From the NCBI GenBank assembly GCA_977017645.1, contig OZ360232.1, positions 101,122,001-101,186,000 of the forward strand: a DNA stretch of 64,000 bases, in the 5' to 3' direction. The stretch's first letter is position 1; the number at the start of each line of letters is the position of its first letter. Source of the stretch: Torpedo marmorata. Taxonomy: Eukaryota. Position numbers and translations under genes: made by a program. Positions 10,449 to 22,289 of the stretch are shown here, piece after piece. A model generated the notes under the pieces. The model was given only the letters and a program-made list of their open reading frames with translations, was not told the DNA's origin and ran no database searches.

Positions 10449-11312
10449 TGTTATGGACGATGACTGACCATTTGGACTGTGGACGGTCAGCAGGAAGGAT
10501 GAATTCTTTTGGAGTATACACTGGGGCCAGGTACTGAAAAAGTTAACTTCCCCAGGACTTGGTGTACCCAGAGAGAGAGAGAGAGAGAGACAGACAGACT
10601 GTGGAATAGATACATTGTTGCACTTTTGCAAAAAGCAGGGGCAGATCTCTGCAAAGCAGACAGTTGTGAGTTGCAAGGCTACAGAACAGCCAGATCCAGT
10701 TTTGTGTGCAAAAGTCAGAGAAAGACTGACAAAATAGCACATGACCTCCTGTCTCAGAGAAAAATTCTGAGAAAAGCAACTTCTGTGGAGAACAGGCGTG
10801 AGATCAGCGAGACTAGCTGTGAGATTCAAGCATACGCCTAAATCAGAGATATACTGATCTGGAACTTGCAATCCTTATGAACCTACAAGAAGGGGACGTC
10901 ATCAGAGAAGAAAACAAGTATTTGTAAGCATAATCAGTCATTTGTCTCTCTCCAACGTTCATTCAGAAGTACTTCTTCCAGACCCAGAGCTGAAGTGAAG
11001 CCTGAACTTAGAGAGTGGATTTTTTTTGGACTGTATCTTTTGTTTTTTTGACTGACTTGTTGTTTTATGACTGACCTGGGGTTTTTGGGGAAAGTTTTTC
11101 CATTTTTACATAAGGGTTGGGCACAGACTGTAATGGTCTGGGCTTTACACACACACACATACACCTTTTAGATAAGAATAGAGTTTATAGACGTTTATAG
11201 TGGGGTTAATTGGTGTGAAATTATATGTTTACTTGTGTTTAATAAATAATAATTTCAATTTTTACCCCTTTTGCATTGCGTCTTCTGTCGTTGCTGGTTT
11301 GATTCTGTAACA
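10449..11312 (+). repeat. 3' LTR of Gmr1-like copy 1
   Basis: Direct repeat of 5445-6308, followed by TSD CTAT. Confidence 0.95.
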
Positions 11313-11367
11313 CTATCTTCTTTCCTTCAATTTTCTGTTCCAAACAACCACTTTCATTGACTAACCA

Positions 11368-11973
11368 TATAGTGACTTCAATCCAACAAATAATCACTTG
11401 GAGGCTAGGTGAGACACTTGTTCTTGACGCGTTTCAATTACTTTACTAACAAAGTCCAATATGTTCAAAATGTTTATTAACACATGATGACTTGTAGCAA
11501 TCTTCAATAACTTAAATATCTTCTTCAACGAAATATAAACAATTCTTGATAACAATGCTTAATAACGATTCTTCAAAACGTCTATAAACTTCATTTAAAC
11601 GATTCCTTTAACATTCATTTAAACGTGGCTTTAAACGTTACTTTAAATGTCCTTTAAAAGGTCAATGAAAGATATGGCAATCTCACTCACACTCCTCCGT
11701 CGCCATCTTTTTCGATTCTTACTTCCCTGATTCGCGCATGCTCAATGCGAATACTCCACCACACATACTCCACCGCGCATACTGCCGTCACTTCCCAACT
11801 GCGCATGCTCCAGCCACTTCCCCACTGCGCATGCGCCCGTCGGCACTCCCGCGCATGCGCAGAGTACTAAATAGGCCCAGCACGGCCTACTAACCTCCGT
11901 GTCTCTTCCGAAACCCGCCGAGACCATCGGAGCACCGCAACCAAGGTAAGTAATTAAGCTTAAGGCTCTTACA
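11368..11973 (-). repeat. 5' LTR of BEL/Pao element
   Basis: Starts TGTAAGAGCC on the minus strand, matches 327-886, and is followed by TGG (possible PBS start). Inner boundary is approximate. Confidence 0.85.
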
Positions 11974-12410
11974 GGACCTTTCGAAGCATTAAATTTGATG
12001 AGCGCACCATCAAAGAAAGGAAACAACAGCACAAGTGTGACAAGTAAAAAAGAAAAATTGTTAAAACAAGAAAACTGCAGATGCTGGGGTCGTTTATCCA
12101 GCTACTTCTCATTTCTGCCATGCCATCTTATTTCTGCTTTCAGAATGTATTTTTTTTCTGCAGAAATGACTAAATGCAGACCCATGGATAATTAAAGGCA
12201 AAGATGCCAAAATTATATTAACATCATGGATGATTTAACTATTTGGTTCTCCGTAAGTACTGTCAGAAAAGTCAGGCAGCACTGCCTATTGAGCTGTTTA
12301 ATGTTTGAATTATGATGGAAACTTGAGTTATGATATGACCGTGCACTGGGCTTGCTCATTTATTGTTCCCAGGCCTGTAATTTAAAAAAAAAAATTCCTC
12401 CAAAATAATT

Positions 12411-13607
12411 ACACCCTGTCCCCTGCAAGGACTACACATCCTCACACCCTGTCCCCTGCAAGGACTCCATCCCCTTCTCTCAATTTCTCCGCTTCCGCCA
12501 CATCTGTTCCCAAGATGAGGTGTTCCACTCCAGATCTTCTGAAATGTCTGCCTTTTTCCACAAACGTGGCTTCCCCTCCACCACCATCAACTCAGCCCTC
12601 ACCCGCATCTCCTCCATTTCCCGCTCATCTGCCCTGGCCCCCTCTGCCCCCAGACGCAACAAACATAGAATACCCCTCATCCTCACCTACCACCCCACCA
12701 GCCTCCGCATCCAACACATTATCCGTCGGAATTTCCGGCACTTGCTGAAGGATCCCACCACCAGACACATTTTTCCTTCTCCTCCCCTCTCGGCCTTCCG
12801 TAGGGACCGCTCCCTCCGCTATTCACTCGTGCACTCGTCCCTCCCCACCCATCGCACCCCCGGAACCTTCCCCTGTGCCCACAGGAGGTGCAACACCTGC
12901 GCCCACACCTCCCCCCTCACCACGGTCCAGGGCCCCAAACAGGCCTTTCAAGTGAAACTACACTTCACTTGTACATCCAGAGGACTTATTTACTGCATCT
13001 GGTGCTCCCTTTGTGGCTTTCTATACATTGGAGAGACCGGTCGTAGATTGGGAGACCGCTTTGCTGAGCACCTCCTCTCCGTCCGCAACAACAGCGACCT
13101 CCCAGTAGCCAACCATTTCAATTCTGGGTCACACTCCCACACTCACATGTCTGTCCATGGCCTCATGTACTATCCCACCCAGACTACCCGCAAATTGGAG
13201 GAACAACATCTCATATTCCGTCTCGGCACTCTCCAGCCAGATGGAATTAACATTGACTTTTCTGCTTTCCACTAAACCTGCTTGTTGTTCCCTTCCCCTC
13301 CCCCTCACCTGTCCTTCCTGTTTTTTTCCACCCAACCAGCCATCCCTCCTCCCCCTCTTTGCTGCTCTCCCCTCCCTCCTTTCTCCACCTATCATCTCCT
13401 GCCTTTCCCACCCCCCTTCCCCCCTCACTCCTTTGTTCGGACGTCTGCCGGCATTTTCTCATACTTTGATGAAGGGCTCAAGCCCGAAACGTCGGTTATG
13501 TATTTCTACCTTTGCTACATAAAAGACACTGTTTGACCTGCTGAGTTCTCCAGCTTTTGTGTTTTTTACTTCAACCACGGTGTCTACAGATTTTCGTGTT
13601 TACTTTT
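12411..13607 (+). mobile_element. 5'-truncated Penelope-like element (GIY-YIG endonuclease + 3' pLTR)
   Basis: ORF 12520-13275 with CxxxRCNTC linker and LIYCI.C..C..LYIGETGRRL.DRF.EH ... VANHFN ... EQHLIFRLGTLQPDGIN. Possible TSD TAATTACA (12406-12413/13608-13615). Confidence 0.92.
13460..13500 (+). ncRNA. Minimal type I hammerhead ribozyme-like motif in Penelope pLTR
   Basis: CATACT-TTGATGA-AGGGC TCAA GCCC-GAAACGTC-GGTTATG: core boxes (C3U variant), stem II, palindromic ACGT, GUC site and short stem I. Confidence 0.65.
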
Positions 13608-15599
13608 TAATTACAAGAGGGTACTGGGTCAAAATACAAAGAGTTGTTAATTTAATTTCAGAATGTACCATGTAATATGCAAAGAGAGAAGTGTGAGGTA
13701 TTACATTTTGGTAGGGAAGCTAAGGGCCTAATAATATATTGGTACTCACTGAGGCACAGAAATGAGTCACTGCACAGTCCACCACTGACTGTTTTGGATA
13801 TGGCTTGCAACTTGCAAACACATTGTGGTTAAAAAATATATAGTACTAATGAGGAACATTGGATGAATAAAGATACAAGGGGAAGAAAATTGAACCAAGG
13901 AAAGAGACTTTTTATTCATTTACAGAATGTCAGCATCAGTGCAAAGCCATTGTTAATTGTTCTTGAGGCGGTCAAGATGTCCAAACATCTGCAGTTTATC
14001 AGTTTTGTATCCAGAAATATTTTGCAACCAATTCTGTCTTTTTTTTCAGTCAAGACTGTTACGGTCATAACATTATTGTCTTACATGGCTATCTGTTCCT
14101 GCAGCTCTCCAAACTTGAGAGGTACCATGGAGCATTAGGGAGTCTGAAAATTTCCAGCATTGTTCATTATAATCCATTTTGTGCCCAAAAGAGTTTGTGA
14201 CCACAAGTGAGTGGTCATCTGGGAAGAACAGGAACCTTTGAAGTAGAAACAAATTTTAAAGTTTGTGTTCAGGTCTGCATTAGAAATTGGTGAAGAACAT
14301 GGCACCATGGAAGGAATGTATATGGGAGCAGCAAAATGTGTTAATGCATTTATCACGGGGGATACCTGGTAGGGCGATGTACAGATATTTTTGCAATTGC
14401 TAATATAAACCTGGCTTGATGTGATTCTTCCCAGGTGTCAGGGTACCCTAAGAGAGGAAGTGGGTGAACCAGTTGTGGTATATGACTACCATTGAGATAG
14501 GTAGAATAAAAGTTTGGTCTGCAGACAGATATTTTGGAAAAAGGAAAAGGTTTATGAAGCAGGATTTCAAAGGTTACAATCTCTACATTATATCCGGTGC
14601 CACATATTAATGACTACTGAAGTAGAATAAGAAAGCTGAATGTGCAACTATAAAAAAATGTAGGAAAAAATGTTTTAGATTCCTTCTGTTTTGGGATCAG
14701 TTCTGAGGGTGGTGAGACCTGTTCAAGCCAATTAGATGCACCTCAATAGAACTGGGAAAAGATTGTCACAGGGAGGCGCACGACTGCTGTGATGCAAGAT
14801 GGTGGGGCAGATGGAGTCAGCTTAGCTAATTTGGTAGAGGAGTGAACATTAGGATGTAGCATTGAAAAGGAAAAAAAAAACAAGTATGAAATGAATTGGG
14901 AGAACATCCAAGAACACAAAATAGTTGAGTTATAGACAGGACTAAACTAAAAGAAAATTCATAAGGTCAAAAGTAAATGTACAGAGCTGATATATCAATG
15001 AATGAAACTCATTAAACAAGTTGAAGGGGCAAATAACCATGTGGGATATGATGTTGTCACAATAACAGTGACTTGACTTAAGAAAAGGCAGGATATGGTA
15101 CAGCATTTCTGGATTCCAAGCTGATAAATGGCAGATGCTGGAATTCTAAAATAAAAGCAGAAATTACTGTGTGCCTACATGGGGAGATCAGGCTTCTGGA
15201 TTCCCTTTCATGTTTGCCGTCAATCGTTTCTCATATTCTCTACCTATACCTTAGTCAAACCCTCAATTCTCATTATGGGAGGAAGAATGCGAAGAAAAAA
15301 AGTAAATTAGAAGGCAAAATTCAAAAAAATGTATTGGAACAGAAAGACCAATGCATTAACATGGATAAATGGTAGAAAGTGCAGGGTAGGTTAAAAAGCA
15401 AAACAGGTCCTTGGCCATATAGAGTGCAGAACGTGAAAAAGCAAAGAAGTCAAAATGAACGATTAGATGATGTCTTTGCTGTTGTATTGTGTCTAATTCT
15501 AAACAGCGCACTTTAGGAACCATGTCTAGGTCTTGGTACAGAAGAGATTTGCAGCAATAATTCCATGGATGAATTTGGGAACACTAGTTCAGGGATGGG

Positions 15600-17002
15600 C
15601 TCACTTATCCTCACCTACCACCCCACCAGACTCCACAATTTCTGAAACCTACAACATAATCTTACCACCTGACACATCTTCCCCTCTCCTCCTCTCTCCA
15701 CCTTCTGCAGGGACTGCTCTCTCCATGACACCCTCGTCCACTCATCCCTTCCCACTAATTGTCCCCTCAGTACCTAACCCTGTAACAGAAGAAATGCTAC
15801 ACATGTGCCCACACCTCATCCCTCACCACCATTTGGAGCTCCAAACAGTTCTTCCAAGTGAAGCAACACTTCACTTGTGAATCTGCGGGTTTCATCCATT
15901 GCATCCGCTGCTCCCATTGTGGCCTTCTCTACGTTGGACAGACTAGATGCAAACTCGGAGATTGCTTCACTCTGTCTGCAGTAATGGCGGGGATCTCCCA
16001 GTGGCTAACCATTTCAATTCTAGGCCACACTCCCACGCTGACATGTCTGTCTATGGTCTCATGCCCTGCCAAACTAAGGCCACCCATAAATTGGAGAAGC
16101 AACACCTAATATTCCATCTGGGCACTCTCCAAACCGGATGGCATTAACATTGACTTCTCGAGTTTCCGTTCAGCCACTCGCCTGTCTCCCTCTTCCCCAT
16201 CCCTCTGTCTCCTTTTCTCCAGCTATCCACCCCTTCTCTCTCCATTCAGAGAGCTATTCCCTCTGTTATGGACCATGACTGACCATTTGGACTGCGGACG
16301 GTCAGCAGGAAGGATGAAGTCTTTTGGAGTATACACTGGGGCCAGGTACTGAAAGAGTTAACTTCCCCAGCTACTTGGTGTACCCAGACAAGATACATTG
16401 TTGCACTCTTGGTGTACCCAGACAGAGAGAGACCAGAGAGAGAGAGAGAGAGACAGACTGGACAAGATACATTTGTTTCACTTTTGCAAAAAGCAGGTGC
16501 AGATTTCTGCAGGAAAAGCAGACAGTTGTGAGTTGCAAAGGCTACAGAACACAGCCAAATCCAGGTTTGTGCATAGTCAGAGAAAAGACTGACAGGATAG
16601 CACATGGCCTCCTGTCTCAGAGAAATTCTGAGAAAAAGCAACTTCTGTGGAGAACAGGCGTGAGATCAACGAGACTAGCTGTGAGATTCAAGCATACACC
16701 TAAATCAGTGGTATACTGATCTGAACTTGCAATCCTTATGAACATACCAGAAGGGGACGTCATCAGAAAATAAAACAAGTATTTGTAAGCATAAACAATC
16801 ATTGTCTCTCTCCAACGTTCATTCAGAAGTACTTCTACCAGACACAGAGCTGAATTGAAGCCTGAACTTAGAGAGTGAATCTTGTGGACTGTATTATTCT
16901 CTTTTTTTTGACTGACTTGTTTTTTATGACTGACCTGGGGTTTTTGGGGAAAGTTTTTCCATTTTTACATAAGGGTTGGGCACAGACTGTAATGGTCTGG
17001 GC

Positions 17003-17046
<44 letters not shown>

Positions 17047-17385
17047 TTAGATAAGAATAGTGTTTATAGATGTTTATAGTGGGGTTAATTGTTGTGAAAT
17101 TATATGTTTAATTGTCGTTAATAAATAGTAATTTCAATTTTACCCCTTTTGCATTGCGTCTTCTGTCGTTGCTGGTTTGAATTTGTAACACCTCCCTCTC
17201 TCACTTCTTAGCTTTTTTGTTTTGTTTGATCCTGTCCCTCCCCCACCATTTTATTCAGGGTCCTGCCTCCTTTTTGCTCATACCTTGATGAAGGGCTCAT
17301 ACCCGAAATGTTGGCTATGTATCTTTATCTTTACTTACTAAATAAGGAATGCTGCTGACTTGCTGAGTTTCTCCTGAATTTTTGT
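15600..17385 (+). mobile_element. Old degenerate Penelope-like 3' fragment, interrupted by a solo LTR
   Basis: Frameshifted GIY-YIG remnants (FIHCIRCSHCGLLYVGQT; PVANHFN; KLEKQHLIFHLGTLQ). The pLTR tail resumes at 17191 with a decayed hammerhead motif (~17279-17319). Confidence 0.8.
16264..17190 (+). mobile_element. Solo LTR of the Gmr1-like family
   Basis: TGTTATGGACC...TGTAACA with 4-bp TSD CCTC; internal short duplication (CTTGGTGTACCCAGACA twice) and expanded (CA)n at ~17006-17043. Confidence 0.93.
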
Positions 17386-17525
17386 GTACAGCATGTTTAA
17401 ATTTGGCTTATTGGAGTGGTCTAATTTCACCAAACGCAATTAGGTACCTTCCATTCAGACAGTAACTCCATCTTACATCATTTAAATCTAATATTAATGC
17501 ATTAATCATTGTTTATTTTTATGTT

Positions 17526-17691
17526 NNNNNNNNNNNNNNNNNNNNNNNNNNNNNNNNNNNNNNNNNNNNNNNNNNNNNNNNNNNNNNNNNNNNNNNNNNN
17601 NNNNNNNNNNNNNNNNNNNNNNNNNNNNNNNNNNNNNNNNNNNNNNNNNNNNNNNNNNNNNNNNNNNNNNNNNNNNNNNNNNNNNNNNNNN
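17526..17691. other. Assembly gap (166 N)
   Basis: Run of N. Confidence 1.
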
Positions 17692-18339
17692 ATTTATTGG
17701 CATTAGTATTGCAAACTTAATTTGGACTGGAAGAAAATTATACCTAATGTTGTTTGCTGCAGCATTTTAATCATGTTGCAAGACGCATCAAATATGAATA
17801 ATAGATCATGCACAATTTATTCCAGCCTCCACTCTAATTAAACAATATGGATGGCAGATGCAGAATAGTGGACAACTAAGCTTGTAACCATTATTAAATC
17901 AAAGAGTCAAGTAGCTTACACAGAATAATCAATACCAGGAATGAACTTAAGGAGGCAATCAAGTGTAAGTTTGGACACATCACATGTAGAATGCTTTTCT
18001 ATTGGAAATCATGCCTTCTCTAAGAAAGCACATAGATTTTTTGCTTGTAAAAACAGAAATTATGAAACAAGAGAGTGAAGCTCCACTACAAATTAGAAAT
18101 AAATATTCCTCCTGTTATGCACCTGGCAGGCTCTCCCTTGTATTGATAAATGGAAAGAAACATGAGCATGGCAGATAAGGAAAGGGTGATCAATTTAGCA
18201 TCTTATCTCTTCATGTTGTGAAGTTGATTTCCAGAGAAACAATTCAAAATCAGTAACCCGTCAAATCCCTTCAGACTTTTAAGCACTGGAAAAAAAGCAA
18301 ATATTTTTTTGAATGGTTCCAGATCTGAGCAGCTAGAGA

Positions 18340-18720
18340 ATCATAGAAAATTAATAGCACAGGAAGAGGTCATTCAGCCCATTGTGTCTGAGCCAGTCAA
18401 AAAAAAGAGATACCTAGCTTAACCCATCCCTCTGACATTTGATCCATAGTCACGCAGGTCATAGGTCTTCAAGTACACATCAACTACTTTTTGATGTTAT
18501 GAATGTTTTTGCTTCTACCACCCTTTCAGGCAATGTGTTCCAGATATCTATCACCCTTTGGGTTTTCTTTTCATTACCTCCAAATCTGATGAATTTATAT
18601 CTACACTTCCTTCGTTTTATAACATCTATGCTGACGGAATCGGTCCTTTCTATTTGCTTGACCCACGTTTCTAATAATTTTATACACCTCACCTGCTGTG
18701 CAAAAGGAAACTGCTCTAGC
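18340..18720 (-). mobile_element. Old CR1 LINE 3' fragment
   Basis: Minus ORF remnant TQRVIDIWNTLPERVVEAKT and a CR1-type 3' UTR/tail (CATAGAA). Confidence 0.65.
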
Positions 18721-18854
18721 TTAACCAATTATAGTTATCCTAGAAAGTGGAAGACTTAAGAGAGGTCTGTTTGGGGATGTTAAAAATTATGAAGTGATGA
18801 GATTAGATTGATGTAAAAATGTTTCAATGTTAGGAAATCCAAAAGTAAATATTA

Positions 18855-19110
18855 AATTTTAAAGTTAGACAGACAGCACAGTAACAGGCACTTTCAGCCC
18901 ACGAGCCCGTGCCGCCCAATTACACCCAATTGACCTACAACCCCTGATACATTTTGACGGTGGGAGGAAACCGGAGTCTCCGGGAAAAACCCACGCAGAC
19001 ACAGGGAGAACGTACAAACTCCTTACAGACAGCGTGGGATTCGAACCCCGGTACCGATCGCTGGCGCCGTAACTGCATTGCGCTAACCGCTATGCCAACC
19101 GTGCCGCCCC
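18855..19110 (-). mobile_element. tRNA-derived V-SINE (HE1-like)
   Basis: Minus strand: GGGGCGGCACGGTTGGCATAGCGG (A box)...GGTTCGAATCC (B box)...V domain GTTTGTACGTTCTCCCTGTGTCTGCGTGGGTTT...CR1-like tail. Homologous to 50536-50790. Confidence 0.85.
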
Positions 19111-19972
19111 TATATAAATTTAAGGACAAACTAATCAGAAAGTTCTTTAAACAGGAATGGAAATAAAGTCAGACTTGCTACCGCATGGAGTAGTTCAGGT
19201 GATTAGCACATTCGTATTTAAGGAAATCCTAGATAAGTATATATAAAATGAAAGAACAGTTGATAGAGTAAGATGAATTAATAATGGAGAAGGCTCATCA
19301 GGTAAAGCATGAACACTGACATATTGCCCATTATTGTGGTGTTGGATAATGTGTCATTCTATCTATGTTCTATGAACTGTTTTTCATTTTATCCATCCTG
19401 AACTATCTTTGTTATTTATTTGCCCATTCTCCAGAATCAGCTAAATATTTAATTTTTCTCTATAATGATTTAAAGTCATCAAAGGAATTTACACAGACAG
19501 GGAATATGGAGAAAGGCGCAATGGTAAGATATGAAATAGAAAGCAATATTCTGAATTAAATTTAACTTTCAATGACAAATGCCTTTGTAAAATGTACAAT
19601 AAGCGATTTACAACTAGTCAGCAAATAAATAAAGGTAATCACATGATCTGAGATTAAATGTGCATTTTGGGTCCAGCAAAATAAATGTTTGGGGCAGAAA
19701 AGGGATTAAATACACTTTAAGACCTGACAGTCTTTTTTAACTTGTACATGTCAGGTTGTGAGAAATAAACTCTCTCAGTTTAATGTGGATTTCAATGTAA
19801 GAAAGAAAATCACTCACCAAAAGATTTTGGGATTAACTGCATATGCATCTTTTTCTCATGTTTCTTTGAAATTACCAGTGAAACGAAGGCAAGAGCTCAA
19901 TTGTATTGACAAAAGTCAGCACATGAACTCAGCAGGTCAAACAGTGTCTTTTATGTAGCAACGGTAGAAATA

Positions 19973-20013
19973 CATAACCGACGTTTCGGGCTTGAGCCCT
20001 TCATCAAAGTATG
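19973..20013 (-). ncRNA. Minimal hammerhead ribozyme-like motif
   Basis: Reverse complement of the 13460-13500 motif. Confidence 0.62.
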
Positions 20014-21507
20014 AGAAAATGCCGGCAGGCGTCCGAACAAAGGAGTGAGGGGGGAAGGGGGGTGGCAAAGGCAGGAGATGATAGGGGGAGAAAGGAGGGA
20101 GGGGACAGCAGCAAAGAGGGGGAGGAGGGATGGCTGGGTGGGTGGGTGGAAAAAAACAGGAAGGACAGGTGAGGGGGGAGGGGGGAAGGGAACAACAAGC
20201 AGGTTTAGTGGAAAGCAGAAAAGTCAATGTTAATACCATCTGGCTGGAGAGTTCCGAGACGGAATATGAGATGTTGTTCCTCCAATTTGCGGGTAGTCTG
20301 GGTGGGATAGTACATGAGGCCATGGACAGACATGTGAGTGTGGGAGTGTGACCCAGAATTGAAATGGTTGGCTACTGGGAGGTCGCTGTTGTTGCGGACG
20401 GAGAGGAGGTGCTCAGCAAAGCGGTCTCCCAATCTACGACCGGTCTCTCCAATGTATAGAAAGCCACAAAGGGAGCACCGGATGCAGTAAATAAGTCCTC
20501 TGGATGTACAAGTGAAGTGTAGTTTCACTTGGAAGGCCTGTTTGGGGCCCTGGACCGTGGTGAGGGGGGAGGTGTGGGCGCAGGTGTTGCACCTCCTGCG
20601 GGCACAGGGAAAGGTTCCGGGAGTGCGATGGGTGGGAAGGGACGAGTGCACGAGTGAATCGCGGAGGGAGCGGTCCCTACGGAAGGCCGAGAGGGAAGGA
20701 GAAGGAAAAATGTGTCTGGTGGTGGGATCCTGCAGCAAGTGCCGGAAATTCCGGCGGATAATGTGTTGGAATTTCTGGCACTTGCTGCAGGATCCTACCA
20801 CCGGACACATTTTTCCTTCTCCTCCCCTCTCGGCCTTCCGTAGGGACCGCTCCCTCCGCGATTCACTCGTGCACTCGTCCCTCCCCACCCATCGCACCCC
20901 CGGAACCTTCCCCTGTGCCCGCAGGAGGTGCAACACCTGCGCCCACACCTCCCCCCTCACCACGGTCCAGGGTCCCAAACAGGCCTTCCAAGTGAAACTA
21001 CACTTCACTTGTACAGCCAGAGGACTTATTTACTGCATCCGGTGCTCCCTTTGTGGCTTTCTATACATTGGAGAGACCGGTCGTAGATTGGGAGACCGCT
21101 TTGCTGAGCACCTCCTCTCCATCCGCAACAACAGCGACCTCCCAGTAGCCAACCATTTCAATTCTGGGTCACACTCCCACACTCACATGTCTGTCCATGG
21201 CCTCATGTACTATCCCACCCAGACTACCCGCAAATTGGAGGAACAACATCTCATATTCCGTCTCGGCACTCTCCAGCCAGATGGCATTAACATTGACTTT
21301 TCTGCTTTCCACTAAACCTGCTTGTTGTTCCCTTCCCCCCCTCCCCCCTCACCTGTCCTTCCTGTTTTTTTCCACCCACCCACCCAGCCATCCCTCCTCC
21401 CCCTCTTTGCTGCTGTCCCCTCCCTCCTTTCTCCACCTATCATCTCCTGCCTTTGCCACCCCCCTTCCCCCCTCACTCCTTTGTTCGGACGCCTGCCGGC
21501 ATTTTCT

Positions 21508-21548
21508 CATACTTTGATGAAGGGCTCAAGCCCGAAACGTCGGTTATG
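21508..21548 (+). ncRNA. Minimal hammerhead ribozyme-like motif
   Basis: Identical to 13460-13500. Confidence 0.62.
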
Positions 21549-22289
21549 TATTTCTACCTTTGCTACATAAAAGACACTGTTTGACCTGCTGAGTTCTCCA
21601 GCTTTTGTGTTTTTTACTTCAACCACAGTGTCTACAGATTTTCGTGTTTACTTCAGCACATGAACTGTTAGTTACAGATTTTGCAGCAGCATCACCATGG
21701 ATACTATGGTTCCAAGAGGATTACCATGATCAATAACGGTGCCCATCTTCACCATGCCAGCTAACCTTCATCAATTTGAAAATCCAGAAATAAAATGGGT
21801 CCGAAATTTATGGAAAAGAAAACTGGTCCTCAACAGATATGCCAGTTCAATATCATTAAACTTGAGTCCTGTGCATAAATGTGGAAATCCAGAAGCACCT
21901 TCTTGAACCTCACTGGTTTGGCTACACTTTGCCACAGAGATCCAGCTGTGGACTATAAACCTGTTGATTTACCCAAAGGTAAATCTGCCACTTCCAGGGC
22001 AACGTAGTCTAAATTACCATGCAGATCCAACAAGCAATGAAGAGGGCAAATGGCATCTTCGCCTTTATTACAAGAAATTTTGAGTACAAGTGTGAGGGCA
22101 TCTTTCTGCAGTTACATGGGCCTTGAGGAGACTGAATATCTAGATTGTATATAATTTGGTCAATTTGTATAAAAAATGGATAGACTTTCCTTAGAGGCAG
22201 TCCAACAAAGATTGCAGATCACTAAATAGTTTCCTTGGATGGCTGGAGCGCCATATGAACAGAGATTGCCAACAGCAAACTGGACAGTT

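Larger units (their letters stand above)
5445..11312 (+). mobile_element. Gmr1-like Ty3/gypsy LTR retrotransposon, full length but lacking the RT core (copy 1)
   Basis: 864-bp LTRs 5445-6308 and 10449-11312 (TGTTA...TAACA, ~4 substitutions seen), 4-bp TSD CTAT, tRNA-Pro PBS, PPT, and integrase located upstream of RNase H. Confidence 0.95.
327..11973 (-). mobile_element. Non-autonomous BEL/Pao LTR retrotransposon (interrupted by a Gmr1-like element at 5445-11312)
   Basis: Direct repeats 327-886 and ~11368-11973, starting TGTAAGAGCC on the minus strand. PPT AGGGGCCGG next to the 3' LTR (887-895). BEL-type gag/protease ORF pieces and the integrase C-terminal tail on the minus strand. Confidence 0.88.
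19925..21652. mobile_element. Head-to-head pair of 5'-truncated Penelope-like copies forming a long palindrome
   Basis: Minus arm ~19925-20770 and plus arm 20768-21652, both with GIY-YIG and pLTR. Flanking direct repeat TCAGCACATGAACT (19916-19929/21653-21666). Confidence 0.93.

Noticed and set aside
17506-17706. ORFs containing X runs
   Set aside because: They span the N gap.
19020-19110. tRNA gene (A/B boxes; also ~50540-50605)
   Set aside because: Followed by V domain and LINE-like tail with no clean cloverleaf; it is a SINE head.
20205-21315. Two 267-aa mirror ORFs as a novel gene pair
   Set aside because: Artefact of the palindrome: antisense Penelope sequence reads through the centre into the GIY-YIG frame.
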